The notes beneath the pieces were generated by a model. The model made no database searches. It had not been told where the DNA came from and saw nothing but the letters and a program-made list of their open reading frames with translations. A stretch of DNA of 64,000 nucleotides, taken from positions 1 through 64,000 of the IMG/VR virus record IMGVR_UViG_3300020536_000396, one strand, 5' to 3'. Origin of the DNA: an uncultured virus (IMG/VR IMGVR_UViG_3300020536_000396) (taxonomy: Duplodnaviria > Heunggongvirae > Uroviricota > Caudoviricetes). This document shows, in pieces, positions 20,179 through 29,910 of this stretch. The position numbers and the translations under genes are program-made. Position 1 is the stretch's first letter. Each line of letters opens with the position of its first letter.

Positions 20179-21522
20179 ATGTACTTGTCTGAAAATTTAC
20201 AACAAAAATGGGAAGGCGTTTTGGATCACCCAGACCTGCCATCCATTAAAGACCCATATCGTAAGGCGGTCACAGCAGTTGTTCTAGAAAACCAGATGGT
20301 TGAAATGCAAAAAGCCTCTGGCATGCTGAACGAAACTGGTGCACCAACTAACTCGATGGGTAGCACAAACGGTGGTTTTCAAGGTGGTTCTGCTGCTGCA
20401 GGTCCAGTTGCTGGTTTCGATCCAATTTTAATCTCGTTAGTTCGCCGTTCGCTGCCTAACCTGATTGCTTATGACGTTTGCGGCGTTCAGCCAATGACTG
20501 GTCCTACAGGACTGATCTTCGCTATGCGTACCAAGTATGCATCACAGGGTGGTTCTGAAGCTTTCTACAACGAAGCTAATACCGGTTTTGCTGGTCTAGG
20601 AACATCTGGTAATCAGCCTTTCACAGAAGGCACTTTGCCAACTGAAGTATTTACTGGTAACGCTGCACCAGTTGCTGCTATGACTACAGCTCGTGCTGAA
20701 GCTCTTGGCGATGGCGCTGCTGCTAACGCTTTCCAAGAAATGGCATTCTCGATTGAGAAAGTCACTGTTACTGCTAAGACACGTGCTCTGAAAGCAGAAT
20801 ACTCGATGGAACTTGCACAAGACCTGAAAGCAGTTCATGGTCTGGACGCAGAAACAGAACTGGCTAACATTCTGTCATCAGAAATTCTTGCTGAAATCAA
20901 CCGTGAAGTTATCCGTACAATCTATCAAGTTTCGAAGATTGGTGCTCAAGTCGGTACAACTACAGCAGGTGTATTCAACCTAGACACTGACTCGAACGGT
21001 CGCTGGATGGTTGAAAAAGTTAAAGGTCTGGCTTTCCAAATCGAACGTGAAGCTAACACTATTGCAAAGACCACTCGTCGTGGTAAAGGTAACATCATGA
21101 TCTGCTCGTCAGATGTTGCTTCTGCTCTTGCAATGGCTGGTATCCTTGACTACAACTCGGCTCTACAAGGTCAAGTATCTCTGACAGTTGATGATACTGG
21201 TAATACTTTTGCTGGTACAATCTTCGGTCGTATCAAGGTCTACATCGACCCATACTTCCCAGCAGGTTCTTCATCTGAGTTTGCTGTTGTTGGTTATAAG
21301 GGTTCGAACGCTTATGACGCTGGTATTTTCTACTGCCCATACGTTCCTCTGCAAATGGTTCGTGCAGTTGATACTGGTACATTCCAGCCAAAGATTGGCT
21401 TCAAGACTCGTTACGGTCTAGTTGCTAACCCATTTGCTGAAGGTACTGACCAAGGTCTAGGTGCTCTGAACGCTCAGAAGAACAACTACTACCGTGTGTT
21501 CCGTATCAGCAACTTGATGTAA
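20179..21522 (+). CDS. gp23: Major capsid protein gp23
   Basis: GVQPMTGPTGLIFAMR, ELAQDLKAVHGLDAE, FQPKIGFKTRYG. Confidence 0.98.
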   Translation: MYLSENLQQKWEGVLDHPDLPSIKDPYRKAVTAVVLENQMVEMQKASGMLNETGAPTNSMGSTNGGFQGGSAAAGPVAGFDPILISLVRRSLPNLIAYDVCGVQPMTGPTGLIFAMRTKYASQGGSEAFYNEANTGFAGLGTSGNQPFTEGTLPTEVFTGNAAPVAAMTTARAEALGDGAAANAFQEMAFSIEKVTVTAKTRALKAEYSMELAQDLKAVHGLDAETELANILSSEILAEINREVIRTIYQVSKIGAQVGTTTAGVFNLDTDSNGRWMVEKVKGLAFQIEREANTIAKTTRRGKGNIMICSSDVASALAMAGILDYNSALQGQVSLTVDDTGNTFAGTIFGRIKVYIDPYFPAGSSSEFAVVGYKGSNAYDAGIFYCPYVPLQMVRAVDTGTFQPKIGFKTRYGLVANPFAEGTDQGLGALNAQKNNYYRVFRISNLM

Positions 21523-21561
21523 TCTTTTAAAAGATGTACCCACCGTTAAGAGTGGAGACTT

Positions 21562-21591
21562 AAAGAGGCACCTTCGGGTGCCTCTTTTTTT
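21562..21591 (+). terminator. Intrinsic terminator with UUCG tetraloop after gp23
   Basis: AAAGAGGCACC-TTCG-GGTGCCTCTTT plus T run. Confidence 0.9.
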
Positions 21592-21595
21592 ATAT

Positions 21596-21603
21596 TATAA
21601 ATA
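21596..21603 (+). promoter_or_regulatory. T4-type late promoter TATAAATA upstream of gp3
   Basis: Exact consensus 5 nt before the ATG, so the transcript would be near-leaderless. Confidence 0.7.
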
Positions 21604-21608
21604 ACCGT

Positions 21609-22148
21609 ATGACAGCAATTAATAGAAACCCTAAAAACACCAGTTTTCTTCAACCGAATAAATTTCAGTTGAATTTTTCACGTTTACCTAACACCCAATT
21701 CTTTGTACAAAACTTGAGTGTTCCTGGTATATCTCTTTCTGAAATACCGGTTGCTACTCCATTTGTTGAGATGTATTCTCCTGGTGAGAAAGCGATCTAT
21801 GATTTATTTACGGTAACTTTTATCGTTGATGAAGATTTACAATCATGGAAAGAAATACATGATTGGATTCGAGCGATGACTTTCCCAACAGAATACAAAG
21901 AGTATAAAGATTTGCCTAGACTTAATAAGTATTCTACAAATCAAGTAAGTAAATTTCCACAATTTTCTGATGCCACAGTAACTCTACTATCCTCGGCATT
22001 TAAACCAAATCTAGTCTTTAGATTTCACGATGTTTTCCCAGTTTCAATATCTTCCTTCATAATGAATGCCTTAGATGATTCAAACAGCCCTATCACAGCA
22101 GATGCCACATTTAGGTATACTTATTACGATGTTGAAAAAATAACTTGA
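21609..22148 (+). CDS. gp3: Tail completion protein gp3
   Basis: FLQPNKFQL, FIVDEDLQSWKEIHDW, SDATVTLL; synteny. Confidence 0.85.
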   Translation: MTAINRNPKNTSFLQPNKFQLNFSRLPNTQFFVQNLSVPGISLSEIPVATPFVEMYSPGEKAIYDLFTVTFIVDEDLQSWKEIHDWIRAMTFPTEYKEYKDLPRLNKYSTNQVSKFPQFSDATVTLLSSAFKPNLVFRFHDVFPVSISSFIMNALDDSNSPITADATFRYTYYDVEKIT

Positions 22149-22173
22149 CATTTTAACCTCAATGGTATAAAAT
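22145..22173 (+). promoter_or_regulatory. Sigma70-type promoter for uvsY-uvsW
   Basis: TTGACA-N17-TAAAAT, then AGGAGG RBS. Confidence 0.7.
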
Positions 22174-22194
22174 TATATCAGGAGGTGTTATAAC

Positions 22195-22629
22195 ATGAAA
22201 CAAATTGAAGAACTGCTTGAAATGTGGCGTAAAGATTCTGATATAGATCGAACAGAACCTGGAAAAGCCTTATTAGATATTCCCAAACTTCATAGTAAGT
22301 ATTTGAACATTCTTTCAAAGCACAGGTTGCTTGCCAAAGAATCCGAATTTAAGTATAATAAAATGAAGAAACTCAAATGGGAATATTATACTGGTAAACT
22401 AGATGATGAGACATTGAAGAAATACGGTTGGGAACCATTTTCCCTTTTACTCAAGTCTGATATATCTCTCTATATGGAAAGTGATGAAGATATGAACCGT
22501 TATCTAGCAAACAAAGCTATGCATGATGAGATTGTTGATCTTTGCACCAGTATTTTAAAAGAGCTAAATAGTAGGACATTCCAATTAAGGGACTTTATAT
22601 CATGGGAAAGATTTATACAGGGTGCATGA
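22195..22629 (+). CDS. uvsY: Recombination mediator UvsY
   Basis: IPKLHSKYL, KWEYYTGK; precedes uvsW. Confidence 0.88.
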   Translation: MKQIEELLEMWRKDSDIDRTEPGKALLDIPKLHSKYLNILSKHRLLAKESEFKYNKMKKLKWEYYTGKLDDETLKKYGWEPFSLLLKSDISLYMESDEDMNRYLANKAMHDEIVDLCTSILKELNSRTFQLRDFISWERFIQGA

Positions 22630-24088
22630 TTTAAAATTATATAAAAAGGATGAAGTTTACATCCGTTTCGAATGTGAAAAAAACTTAGCACAAGAGCTAA
22701 GTGACTACTTTACTTTCTATGTCCCAGGGTATCAATTCATTCCAGCCTATAAAAATAGGCTCTGGGATGGAAAGATTCGCCTCGCCGATTTAAGAACATA
22801 TAATATTTACGGCGGTCTTTTACCGTACATTCAAAAGTTTTGTGATGAGAGAAAATATAATCTCTATATTGATTCTCAATTAAATTCTACAGAAAACTTC
22901 TCTCTGATAGAAGCAAAAGAGTTTATTCAAACTTTAAATATTCCTTTTGAAGTTCGTGATTACCAATTAAAATCTTTTGTGCAAGCGGTAAGAAACAAGA
23001 GGTTGTTGTTACTTTCACCTACTGCATCGGGAAAATCTTTAATATTATATACGATCATAAGATATTTACAGGCTTCAGATTTTAAAAAAGGTTTATTAAT
23101 CGTTCCAACAACTTCACTTGTGGAACAAATGTATAAGGATTTTCAAGACTATGGGTACGATTCTGATTCTTTTTGTCATCGTCAGTATGCTGGTAAGGAC
23201 AAGACCACGAAAAAATTCTTAACGATTACCACATGGCAATCAATTTATAAAAATGATTCAGAATATTTTGAACAATATGATTTTGTATTAGGTGATGAGG
23301 CTCACCAGTTCAAAGCAAAGTCATTAACAACAATACTTTCAAATTGTACAACGGCTAGTTATAGAATTGGTACAACAGGCACATTAGACGGAACTCAAAC
23401 TCATAGATTGGTGTTAGAAGGCCTTTTTGGTCCAGTTTACAAAGCAACAACTACATCCGAGTTAATCGAAAAAGGTCAGTTAGCCAGTTTTAGAATAAAA
23501 TGTTTGTTACTGAAATATCCTGATGAAATCTGTAAACAAGCCAAAACTTGGGATTACAACCAAGAAATGGAGTACATAGTAAAAAATAATGCTAGAAATG
23601 AATTCATAAAAAATCTTGCCATATCTCTAGAAGGTAATACACTAGTTCTTTTCCAGTTTGTGGAAAAACATGGTAAAATGTTACATGAAATGATTTCTTC
23701 AAAGTGTGACAATAGAAAAGTATTTTTTGTTTACGGAGGAACAGATGTTGAGATACGTGAATCGGTTAGGTCGATTACTGAAAAAGAAAACAACGCTATC
23801 ATCGTTGCTTCTTATGGCACTTTCTCTACTGGTGTCAATATTCGCAACCTACATAATATTATCTTCGCCAGTCCTTCGAAGTCCAGGGTTAGGAATTTAC
23901 AGTCGATAGGCCGTGGACTAAGAATAGGCAACAATAAAGAAGAAGCGGTTTTGTTTGACATTGCCGATGACTTTAGAATAGGTAAGTTTGTGAATTACAC
24001 ATTAAATCATTTTATTGAACGAGTAAAAATATACGATGAAGAAAAGTTTAACTATAAATTCTACAACATCGAGCTTAAAAATGCCTGA
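22622..24088 (+). CDS. uvsW: DNA helicase UvsW
   Basis: WDGKIRL, SPTASGKS, GDEAH, LQSIGRGLR. Confidence 0.96.
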   Translation: MHDLKLYKKDEVYIRFECEKNLAQELSDYFTFYVPGYQFIPAYKNRLWDGKIRLADLRTYNIYGGLLPYIQKFCDERKYNLYIDSQLNSTENFSLIEAKEFIQTLNIPFEVRDYQLKSFVQAVRNKRLLLLSPTASGKSLILYTIIRYLQASDFKKGLLIVPTTSLVEQMYKDFQDYGYDSDSFCHRQYAGKDKTTKKFLTITTWQSIYKNDSEYFEQYDFVLGDEAHQFKAKSLTTILSNCTTASYRIGTTGTLDGTQTHRLVLEGLFGPVYKATTTSELIEKGQLASFRIKCLLLKYPDEICKQAKTWDYNQEMEYIVKNNARNEFIKNLAISLEGNTLVLFQFVEKHGKMLHEMISSKCDNRKVFFVYGGTDVEIRESVRSITEKENNAIIVASYGTFSTGVNIRNLHNIIFASPSKSRVRNLQSIGRGLRIGNNKEEAVLFDIADDFRIGKFVNYTLNHFIERVKIYDEEKFNYKFYNIELKNA

Positions 24089-24500
24089 ATTCGAAAACAT
24101 TAAAATCGTTCGACTACAAACCGGTGAAGATATCATTGCAGATTGTAAACAAGATGAAGAAAACTCTTCAGTGTTATTAAACAATCCTATGCACATAGTA
24201 TTTAAAAGAATACCATCAGGAAGAACAGTCATGTTTATGATGCCTTGGCTTCCAATAGAATTGATTAAAGAAAATTCAGCTACCATATATGATTCTGACA
24301 TTCTAACTGTTTTTGATCCTAAAGAAGATTTGATAGAGTATTATAGTCAACTTATAACAGATGAAGTTATGTCTGAGATTGGCGAACAATCTTTGAAAGG
24401 TGCTTTGTTTAGTTCAATGGAAGAAGCTGAAGAAGATGACATAGATGAAGAAGAACTTATGAACTTAATGAGAGAGAAAAGGAATAATAGGGTGCATTGA
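24081..24500 (+). CDS. Conserved T4-like hypothetical protein (Sm-like N-terminus)
   Basis: IKIVRLQTGEDIIA...MMPWLP; start reassigned to ATG 24081. Confidence 0.65.
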   Translation: MPEFENIKIVRLQTGEDIIADCKQDEENSSVLLNNPMHIVFKRIPSGRTVMFMMPWLPIELIKENSATIYDSDILTVFDPKEDLIEYYSQLITDEVMSEIGEQSLKGALFSSMEEAEEDDIDEEELMNLMREKRNNRVH

Positions 24501-25153
24501 TGAATTATGATGATATAGTTGTAAAGAAACCTTGGGGTAAAGAATACCTTTGTTATAGAAATAATGAAGTTGCTATATGGTATCTTCATATTGAACAAGA
24601 CAAAGAAACTTCGATGCATTGCCATCCAAATAAGAACACTGGATTTGTTGTATTAAAAGGTAAAGCAAAACTTTCTTTTCTCAGAAATTCTGTTGATCTA
24701 GAAGGTTTAGATAAGATACACATTTTTAGATCAAGGTTTCATTCAACAAGAGCTGTAACAGATTCTTTTATATTTGAGATTGAAACGCCTGAAGATAAAC
24801 ACGATCTTGTTCGCTTAGACGATGCTTATGGTCGAGCAGGTAAAGAATACGAAGGACAAAATTACCATTTACCAAAAGATGAATCTTGTTTTTGGATTGA
24901 AGAGGCTTCAGAAAATCCAAAATTAATGTTTATAAATGGTTGTTCGGTAAGACATTTAAAAACATCCAATAAAGAATTATTGCTAAATAAAGATGAGTCT
25001 GAATTGTTTGTCATAACAAGTGGTGGTGTAATTACCGAAAAAAATCAAAAGGTAGTTTGGCCAGGAGATGTCATAGACGGCAAAACATTAAATAGATTAC
25101 TTAATTCTTTTGATGTAGAAAAGGACACAACCGTAATACACGTTACTAAGTGA
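24497..25153 (+). CDS. Cupin-domain protein (mannose-6-phosphate isomerase type II-like)
   Basis: VKKPWGKE, TSMHCHPNK, DLVRLDDAYGR. Confidence 0.75.
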   Translation: MMNYDDIVVKKPWGKEYLCYRNNEVAIWYLHIEQDKETSMHCHPNKNTGFVVLKGKAKLSFLRNSVDLEGLDKIHIFRSRFHSTRAVTDSFIFEIETPEDKHDLVRLDDAYGRAGKEYEGQNYHLPKDESCFWIEEASENPKLMFINGCSVRHLKTSNKELLLNKDESELFVITSGGVITEKNQKVVWPGDVIDGKTLNRLLNSFDVEKDTTVIHVTK

Positions 25154-25160
25154 GTTGAAA

Positions 25161-26675
25161 ATGATTGATATATTATTTGTACATCCTAACGCTTCTGAAA
25201 AAATTTATCAAGGCCTTGCTAAGAATAACTCCGCTATAGAACCTCCAATCTGGGCAGCCATGTTGGCAAATAGTGTGAGAGCAAAAGGGTTTAGACCAGA
25301 GATTCTTGATGCTGAAGTTGAAGGCCTAGATTACCTATCTGCTGCCAGAAGAATCACTGAATATAAAGCCAAAGTTGTTTGTTTTGTTGTATATGGCCAA
25401 CAACCATCTGCATCTTCCCAAAACATGGAAGGTGCCACTGCAACAGCAAGAGAATTAAAAAATCTACAACCAAATACATTCGTTGTGTTTGTTGGTGGTC
25501 ATGTTGCTGCATTGCCTATTGAAACGATGAAACAAGAAACATTCATCGATGCTGTTTGTCAAAACGAAGGTGTGTATACACTTCATTCTCTTCTGTCGTT
25601 ACCAAATCTAGAAGAACAATCACTAAAGAAAGTAAAAGGTTTAGTCTTTAGAGATAATGATGGTAATATCATTATGAATGAATCTTCACCTATTGTTCCT
25701 AAAGATATGCTTGAGCATGACCTGCCTGGTATGGCATGGGACTTATTAAGACCTCTTAGTGAATATAGAACAGCAGGTTGGCACTCATGGTCAAATAATA
25801 CTGAGAAACAACCTTTTGCTGCACTTTATACAAGTCTTGGTTGTCCATACAAATGTTCGTTCTGTATGATTAATATCATCAACCGAACTAAACAGGGTAC
25901 AGATGTTGCAAGTGCCGATAGTAATGTTTTCCGTTGGTGGTCACCAGAGTTCATCATCAAACAGTTCGATGAGATAGCCCGACAAGGTGTTCGAAACATT
26001 AAAATTGCTGACGAACTTTTTGTTTTGAATCCTAGGCATTTTGAAGCCATTTGCGATTTGATTATAGAACGAGGTTATGATTTTAATATCTGGGCATATT
26101 CAAGAGTTGATACCTGTAAGCCTAAGTATCTTGATAAACTTGCCAAAGCTGGTGTAAAATGGTTAGGATTAGGTATTGAAAATCCAAATAATGAATTGAG
26201 GAAAGAAATTCATAAAGAAGGATTTCAAGAAGTCAAGGTTTTAGATTTAATCAATATGATTCGTGATGCAGGAATTAATGTAGGTGGTAATTATATCTTT
26301 GGACTTCCTTATGATACACATGAATCAATGCAAGCAACATTAGACTTTGCATTGGAAAATCCAACAGAAATGGCTAACTTCTATTCTGCTATGGCATACC
26401 CAGGTAGTCCTCTTCATAATCAAGCTCGTATTCTTGGTTTAGATTTGCCTACAACCTATTCTGGTTATAGTCAACACTCTTATGATACCTTGAATCTTTC
26501 TAACGCTCACCTAAGTGCTGCTGAGATTTTGGCATTTAGAGACAAAGCCTGGGACACATATCACTCGAGCGACAAATACCTTGGTTTGATGAAAACAAAA
26601 TTTGGCCAAAAAGCCGTAGATGAACTTGATAGTACCAAAAAAGTTAAGTTGAAAAGAAAATTACTTGGAGATTAA
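25161..26675 (+). CDS. B12-binding-domain radical SAM protein
   Basis: FVGGHV cobalamin-binding region; TSLGCPYKCSFC; GIEN; YIFGLP; YPGSPL. Confidence 0.9.
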   Translation: MIDILFVHPNASEKIYQGLAKNNSAIEPPIWAAMLANSVRAKGFRPEILDAEVEGLDYLSAARRITEYKAKVVCFVVYGQQPSASSQNMEGATATARELKNLQPNTFVVFVGGHVAALPIETMKQETFIDAVCQNEGVYTLHSLLSLPNLEEQSLKKVKGLVFRDNDGNIIMNESSPIVPKDMLEHDLPGMAWDLLRPLSEYRTAGWHSWSNNTEKQPFAALYTSLGCPYKCSFCMINIINRTKQGTDVASADSNVFRWWSPEFIIKQFDEIARQGVRNIKIADELFVLNPRHFEAICDLIIERGYDFNIWAYSRVDTCKPKYLDKLAKAGVKWLGLGIENPNNELRKEIHKEGFQEVKVLDLINMIRDAGINVGGNYIFGLPYDTHESMQATLDFALENPTEMANFYSAMAYPGSPLHNQARILGLDLPTTYSGYSQHSYDTLNLSNAHLSAAEILAFRDKAWDTYHSSDKYLGLMKTKFGQKAVDELDSTKKVKLKRKLLGD

Positions 26676-26676
26676 A

Positions 26677-27222
26677 ATGAAATCATTGATTATTACTTAT
26701 GATAAGTTTCAAGACCATGAGGTTGTTTATCCTTTTTATCGTTTGAAAGAAGAAGGTGATGTTACCTTGATGGCACACCAAATTGGAAAAATTTATGGTA
26801 TTTTAGGTACTAATATGTTATCTAATGCTGTGACTGATGATCTTACTGATCCAATTTTTTCTAAAGAAATGATAAGCAGATTTGACCTTCTAGTTATTCC
26901 TGGTGGTGTAAAAGCAATGGAAAAAATTAGACAAGAGAAACATGTTATAGATTTTATTTCAGCATGGCATAAAACAGGTAAAGTAATTGCAAGCACATGT
27001 TCTGGCGCCCAGCTATTAATTTCTGCGAAGATCGTAAAGGGAAAAAACATTAGCGCCTATTATGCTATGCAAGATGATGTTGAAAACGCTGGCGCTATAT
27101 ACTCTAGAGATCCAGTGGTTGTTGATGGCAATATCGTATCATCACCACACTACGATCATATGGGAATTTGGTTGAAAACTGCTATCGATATGGTGAAAGA
27201 TGGACAAACAAACACTGCTTGA
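26677..27222 (+). CDS. DJ-1/PfpI family protein
   Basis: LVIPGG, ASTCSGAQLL, VVVDGNIVSS; GGAG RBS before ATG 26677. Confidence 0.88.
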   Translation: MKSLIITYDKFQDHEVVYPFYRLKEEGDVTLMAHQIGKIYGILGTNMLSNAVTDDLTDPIFSKEMISRFDLLVIPGGVKAMEKIRQEKHVIDFISAWHKTGKVIASTCSGAQLLISAKIVKGKNISAYYAMQDDVENAGAIYSRDPVVVDGNIVSSPHYDHMGIWLKTAIDMVKDGQTNTA

Positions 27223-28021
27223 AATATACAAGAAAGCGGCTTTATGCCGTGCTTTCGAAGAAGAAGTCTACAGACAGGTTGAGAACAAAAATGTTCGAAT
27301 ACCTGTTTATCTTTCTGCCGGTCAAGAATATATTTCCGCAACTTTGGCCGTATTACTTAAAGACATAGAAAAACAAATTTTTATTCAGCATCGAGGACAT
27401 TCTACTTACCTTTCTTTTGGTGGTGATGTCGAACAATTAGTTCTCGAACTATTGGGAGACAAAAGAGGATGTGCTAACGGTATGGGTGGTTCTGCATCTA
27501 TACAATCAAAAGAAAAAAACATCTATGGTCACGATGGTTTAATGGGTTCACACGGACCAATTGCTACAGGTATGTGTTATGCCAATAAAAAGTTTACGTT
27601 ATGTTTTACTGGTGACGCTGCAGCTGAAGAAGATTATTTTGTAACATCAATTGGTTGGGCATCAACTAAAAACTTACCTATTTGGTATATTGTAGAAGAT
27701 AACAATTATTCGATTCTAACCGAGAAAAAGGTTCGTCGTAATTGGGAAATGCATGATGTTGCCAAAGCCATGAATATGGATGGTTTTAATGTTGAAGATG
27801 ACCCAGAATCTATGTGGAATGTTATACAACAATGTAGTACAGAAAAACCTTTATTATTAAACATAAACACAATTAGATTATTCTGGCATGCTGGTGCGGG
27901 TATCGATGACCCCAATGTGTTTGATCGACATAAAGTTTTTACTGAGATGTTTGGCAATGATATTAATCTTGAAGCTCAAGAACATGTGAAGGAGATTTGG
28001 TCAAAATGTCTGCAACGCTAA
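27200..28021 (+). CDS. TPP-dependent dehydrogenase E1 alpha-like subunit
   Basis: YLSAGQE, HRGH, GMGGS, GDAA...EDN TPP motif. Confidence 0.88.
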   Translation: MDKQTLLEIYKKAALCRAFEEEVYRQVENKNVRIPVYLSAGQEYISATLAVLLKDIEKQIFIQHRGHSTYLSFGGDVEQLVLELLGDKRGCANGMGGSASIQSKEKNIYGHDGLMGSHGPIATGMCYANKKFTLCFTGDAAAEEDYFVTSIGWASTKNLPIWYIVEDNNYSILTEKKVRRNWEMHDVAKAMNMDGFNVEDDPESMWNVIQQCSTEKPLLLNINTIRLFWHAGAGIDDPNVFDRHKVFTEMFGNDINLEAQEHVKEIWSKCLQR

Positions 28022-28908
28022 GAGATGTAATTAAAGAAACTGTTAGACACCATTTAAAGGAAGAAAATGGTTTGGCTATGGGCCAGTGCCTAACAGCTGT
28101 TGGTTGGGTTGGTGGTACACTACCAGAACTATATGAAGAAGATGGTATGGTAGAAGTTTCTATGGCTGATGTAGCGGGTGGAGGTTTTGCTGTTGGCGCA
28201 GCATTGGCAGGAAGAAGGCCAATGTATATCATTCGTTATCAAGGATTCAATTGGTTTAATGCACCAATAATTATCAACTATGCTGCCAAGTCTAAAGAGA
28301 TTTGGGGTGTGCCATGTCCAATGTTTGTTCGTTCAATTGCTATGGAAGGTGGCATTGGTCCAGTTGCCGGTTCTTCTCACCACGCTTTATATTATAGAAT
28401 GCCCGGTGTTCGAATCGTTTCACCAATGACACCAGGTGAATATAAAAAAGTTTATAAAGATTTTATGGAAAGTGATGAAGTCTTTTATGTTTCAGAACAC
28501 CGAGGCGCTTACAACAATACAGAAGAACTAGAAGATATTAATGATTCTTTTCCAGATATTGTTTTATTTCCAACTTCTATTACTCGATTTGCTGCACAAG
28601 AAGCTGCAAAACAATTATTGAAAGAAGGTTACAGAGTTGCAGTTCACCATATAGTGCAAATAAAACCTTTTGAACCTAGTGATGAGTCTGTTGTTTCTTT
28701 ACGCAGAGCTCAAAAAGGTATAGTTCTTGATGATGATTACGTAAATGGTGTTGCTAAATCTCTTGCCTTTGATCTGATACAAAAAACAAATGCTACAGTT
28801 TATGTTATGGGTTTAGATGATCGCACCGCAGGTTTTTATCCAGAAGTTGATAATCTGCCACCTTCGAAAGAAAAGATTGTTGAATTTGCTAAAAGGATAA
28901 TTCGATGA
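28006..28908 (+). CDS. TPP-dependent E1 beta/transketolase C-terminal-like subunit
   Basis: AVGAALAGRRP, IINYAAK, MPGVRIVSPMTP; follows the alpha subunit. Confidence 0.85.
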   Translation: MSATLRDVIKETVRHHLKEENGLAMGQCLTAVGWVGGTLPELYEEDGMVEVSMADVAGGGFAVGAALAGRRPMYIIRYQGFNWFNAPIIINYAAKSKEIWGVPCPMFVRSIAMEGGIGPVAGSSHHALYYRMPGVRIVSPMTPGEYKKVYKDFMESDEVFYVSEHRGAYNNTEELEDINDSFPDIVLFPTSITRFAAQEAAKQLLKEGYRVAVHHIVQIKPFEPSDESVVSLRRAQKGIVLDDDYVNGVAKSLAFDLIQKTNATVYVMGLDDRTAGFYPEVDNLPPSKEKIVEFAKRIIR

Positions 28909-29903
28909 ATATGTCTTTTTCTAAGACGCCTTATAGACTTTCTTTATTTGGAGGAGGCACGGATTACCCCGCTTGGTTTGAAAACAATCCTTGCAAAGTA
29001 ATTTCAGCTTCAATGGCAAACTATAGTTATGTTCATGTCAAAGAATTGCCACCATTTTTTGAGCATAAGATTTCAGTATCATATTCGAAAGTTGAACGAG
29101 TAAATTCCGTTGAAGAAATTGAACACCCTTCTGTACGAGCATGCCTTCAATATATGGACATAAAAGAAGGTGTGGTTATATCTTATGATGGAGATTTACC
29201 AGCAAGATCGGGGATAGGTTCAAGTTCATCTTTTACTGTGGGTCTTTTAAATGCTTTGTATAACTTTAAAGGTAAGTATGTTTCTCTAGAAGAGTTATCG
29301 AGACAGGCGATTTATATTGAGCAAGAAATGATCGGCGAAAATGTTGGTATTCAAGATCAAATTATGGCGGCTCATGGTGGTATAAGATTGATTGAAATGG
29401 GTCCAGGAAGAAATTGGAATTCTTATCCTTTATTTCTATCTCCTAACTATATGAAAGAATTAGAATCACATATCATGTTAGGGTTTTCAGGATTAAGTAG
29501 ATATGCTGAAGTGCAATCTAAAAAACAGGTTGAAAACATCAAACAAAAAAATACCGATTTTTATTTGAAGTCTATGTCAGAACTAACCGAACATGCTCTT
29601 GAAGCTTTAATGGCAGGTAATGGAATGAACAAGATTGGTAATTTGTTAGATGCTGGTTGGAGATTAAAAAGAAACTTATCAGATAGTGTTACTGACAAGT
29701 GGATAGATAAGATATACAACAAAGCAATTAGCCTTGGCTCTCTTGGTGGAAAACTAATGGGTGCTGGCGGCGGTGGTTTTTTCTTATTTTTGGTTCCGCC
29801 AAATAGGCAAAAAGAATTTAAAGAACAGCTAGACGAAATAAAAGTTTGGGTTCCATTTAAATTCGATAAAGATGGAAGTCACATAATTCATTTTTCAGAT
29901 TGA
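28905..29903 (+). CDS. GHMP sugar kinase (HddA-like)
   Basis: PYRLSLFGGGTD, SGIGSSSSF, GIQDQ, GKLMGAGGGGF. Confidence 0.9.
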   Translation: MNMSFSKTPYRLSLFGGGTDYPAWFENNPCKVISASMANYSYVHVKELPPFFEHKISVSYSKVERVNSVEEIEHPSVRACLQYMDIKEGVVISYDGDLPARSGIGSSSSFTVGLLNALYNFKGKYVSLEELSRQAIYIEQEMIGENVGIQDQIMAAHGGIRLIEMGPGRNWNSYPLFLSPNYMKELESHIMLGFSGLSRYAEVQSKKQVENIKQKNTDFYLKSMSELTEHALEALMAGNGMNKIGNLLDAGWRLKRNLSDSVTDKWIDKIYNKAISLGSLGGKLMGAGGGGFFLFLVPPNRQKEFKEQLDEIKVWVPFKFDKDGSHIIHFSD

Positions 29904-29910
29904 GGTCGTT

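Noticed and set aside
27200..28908. Pyruvate dehydrogenase auxiliary metabolic genes
   Set aside because: No E2/E3 in the window and the pair is embedded in an NDP-sugar operon
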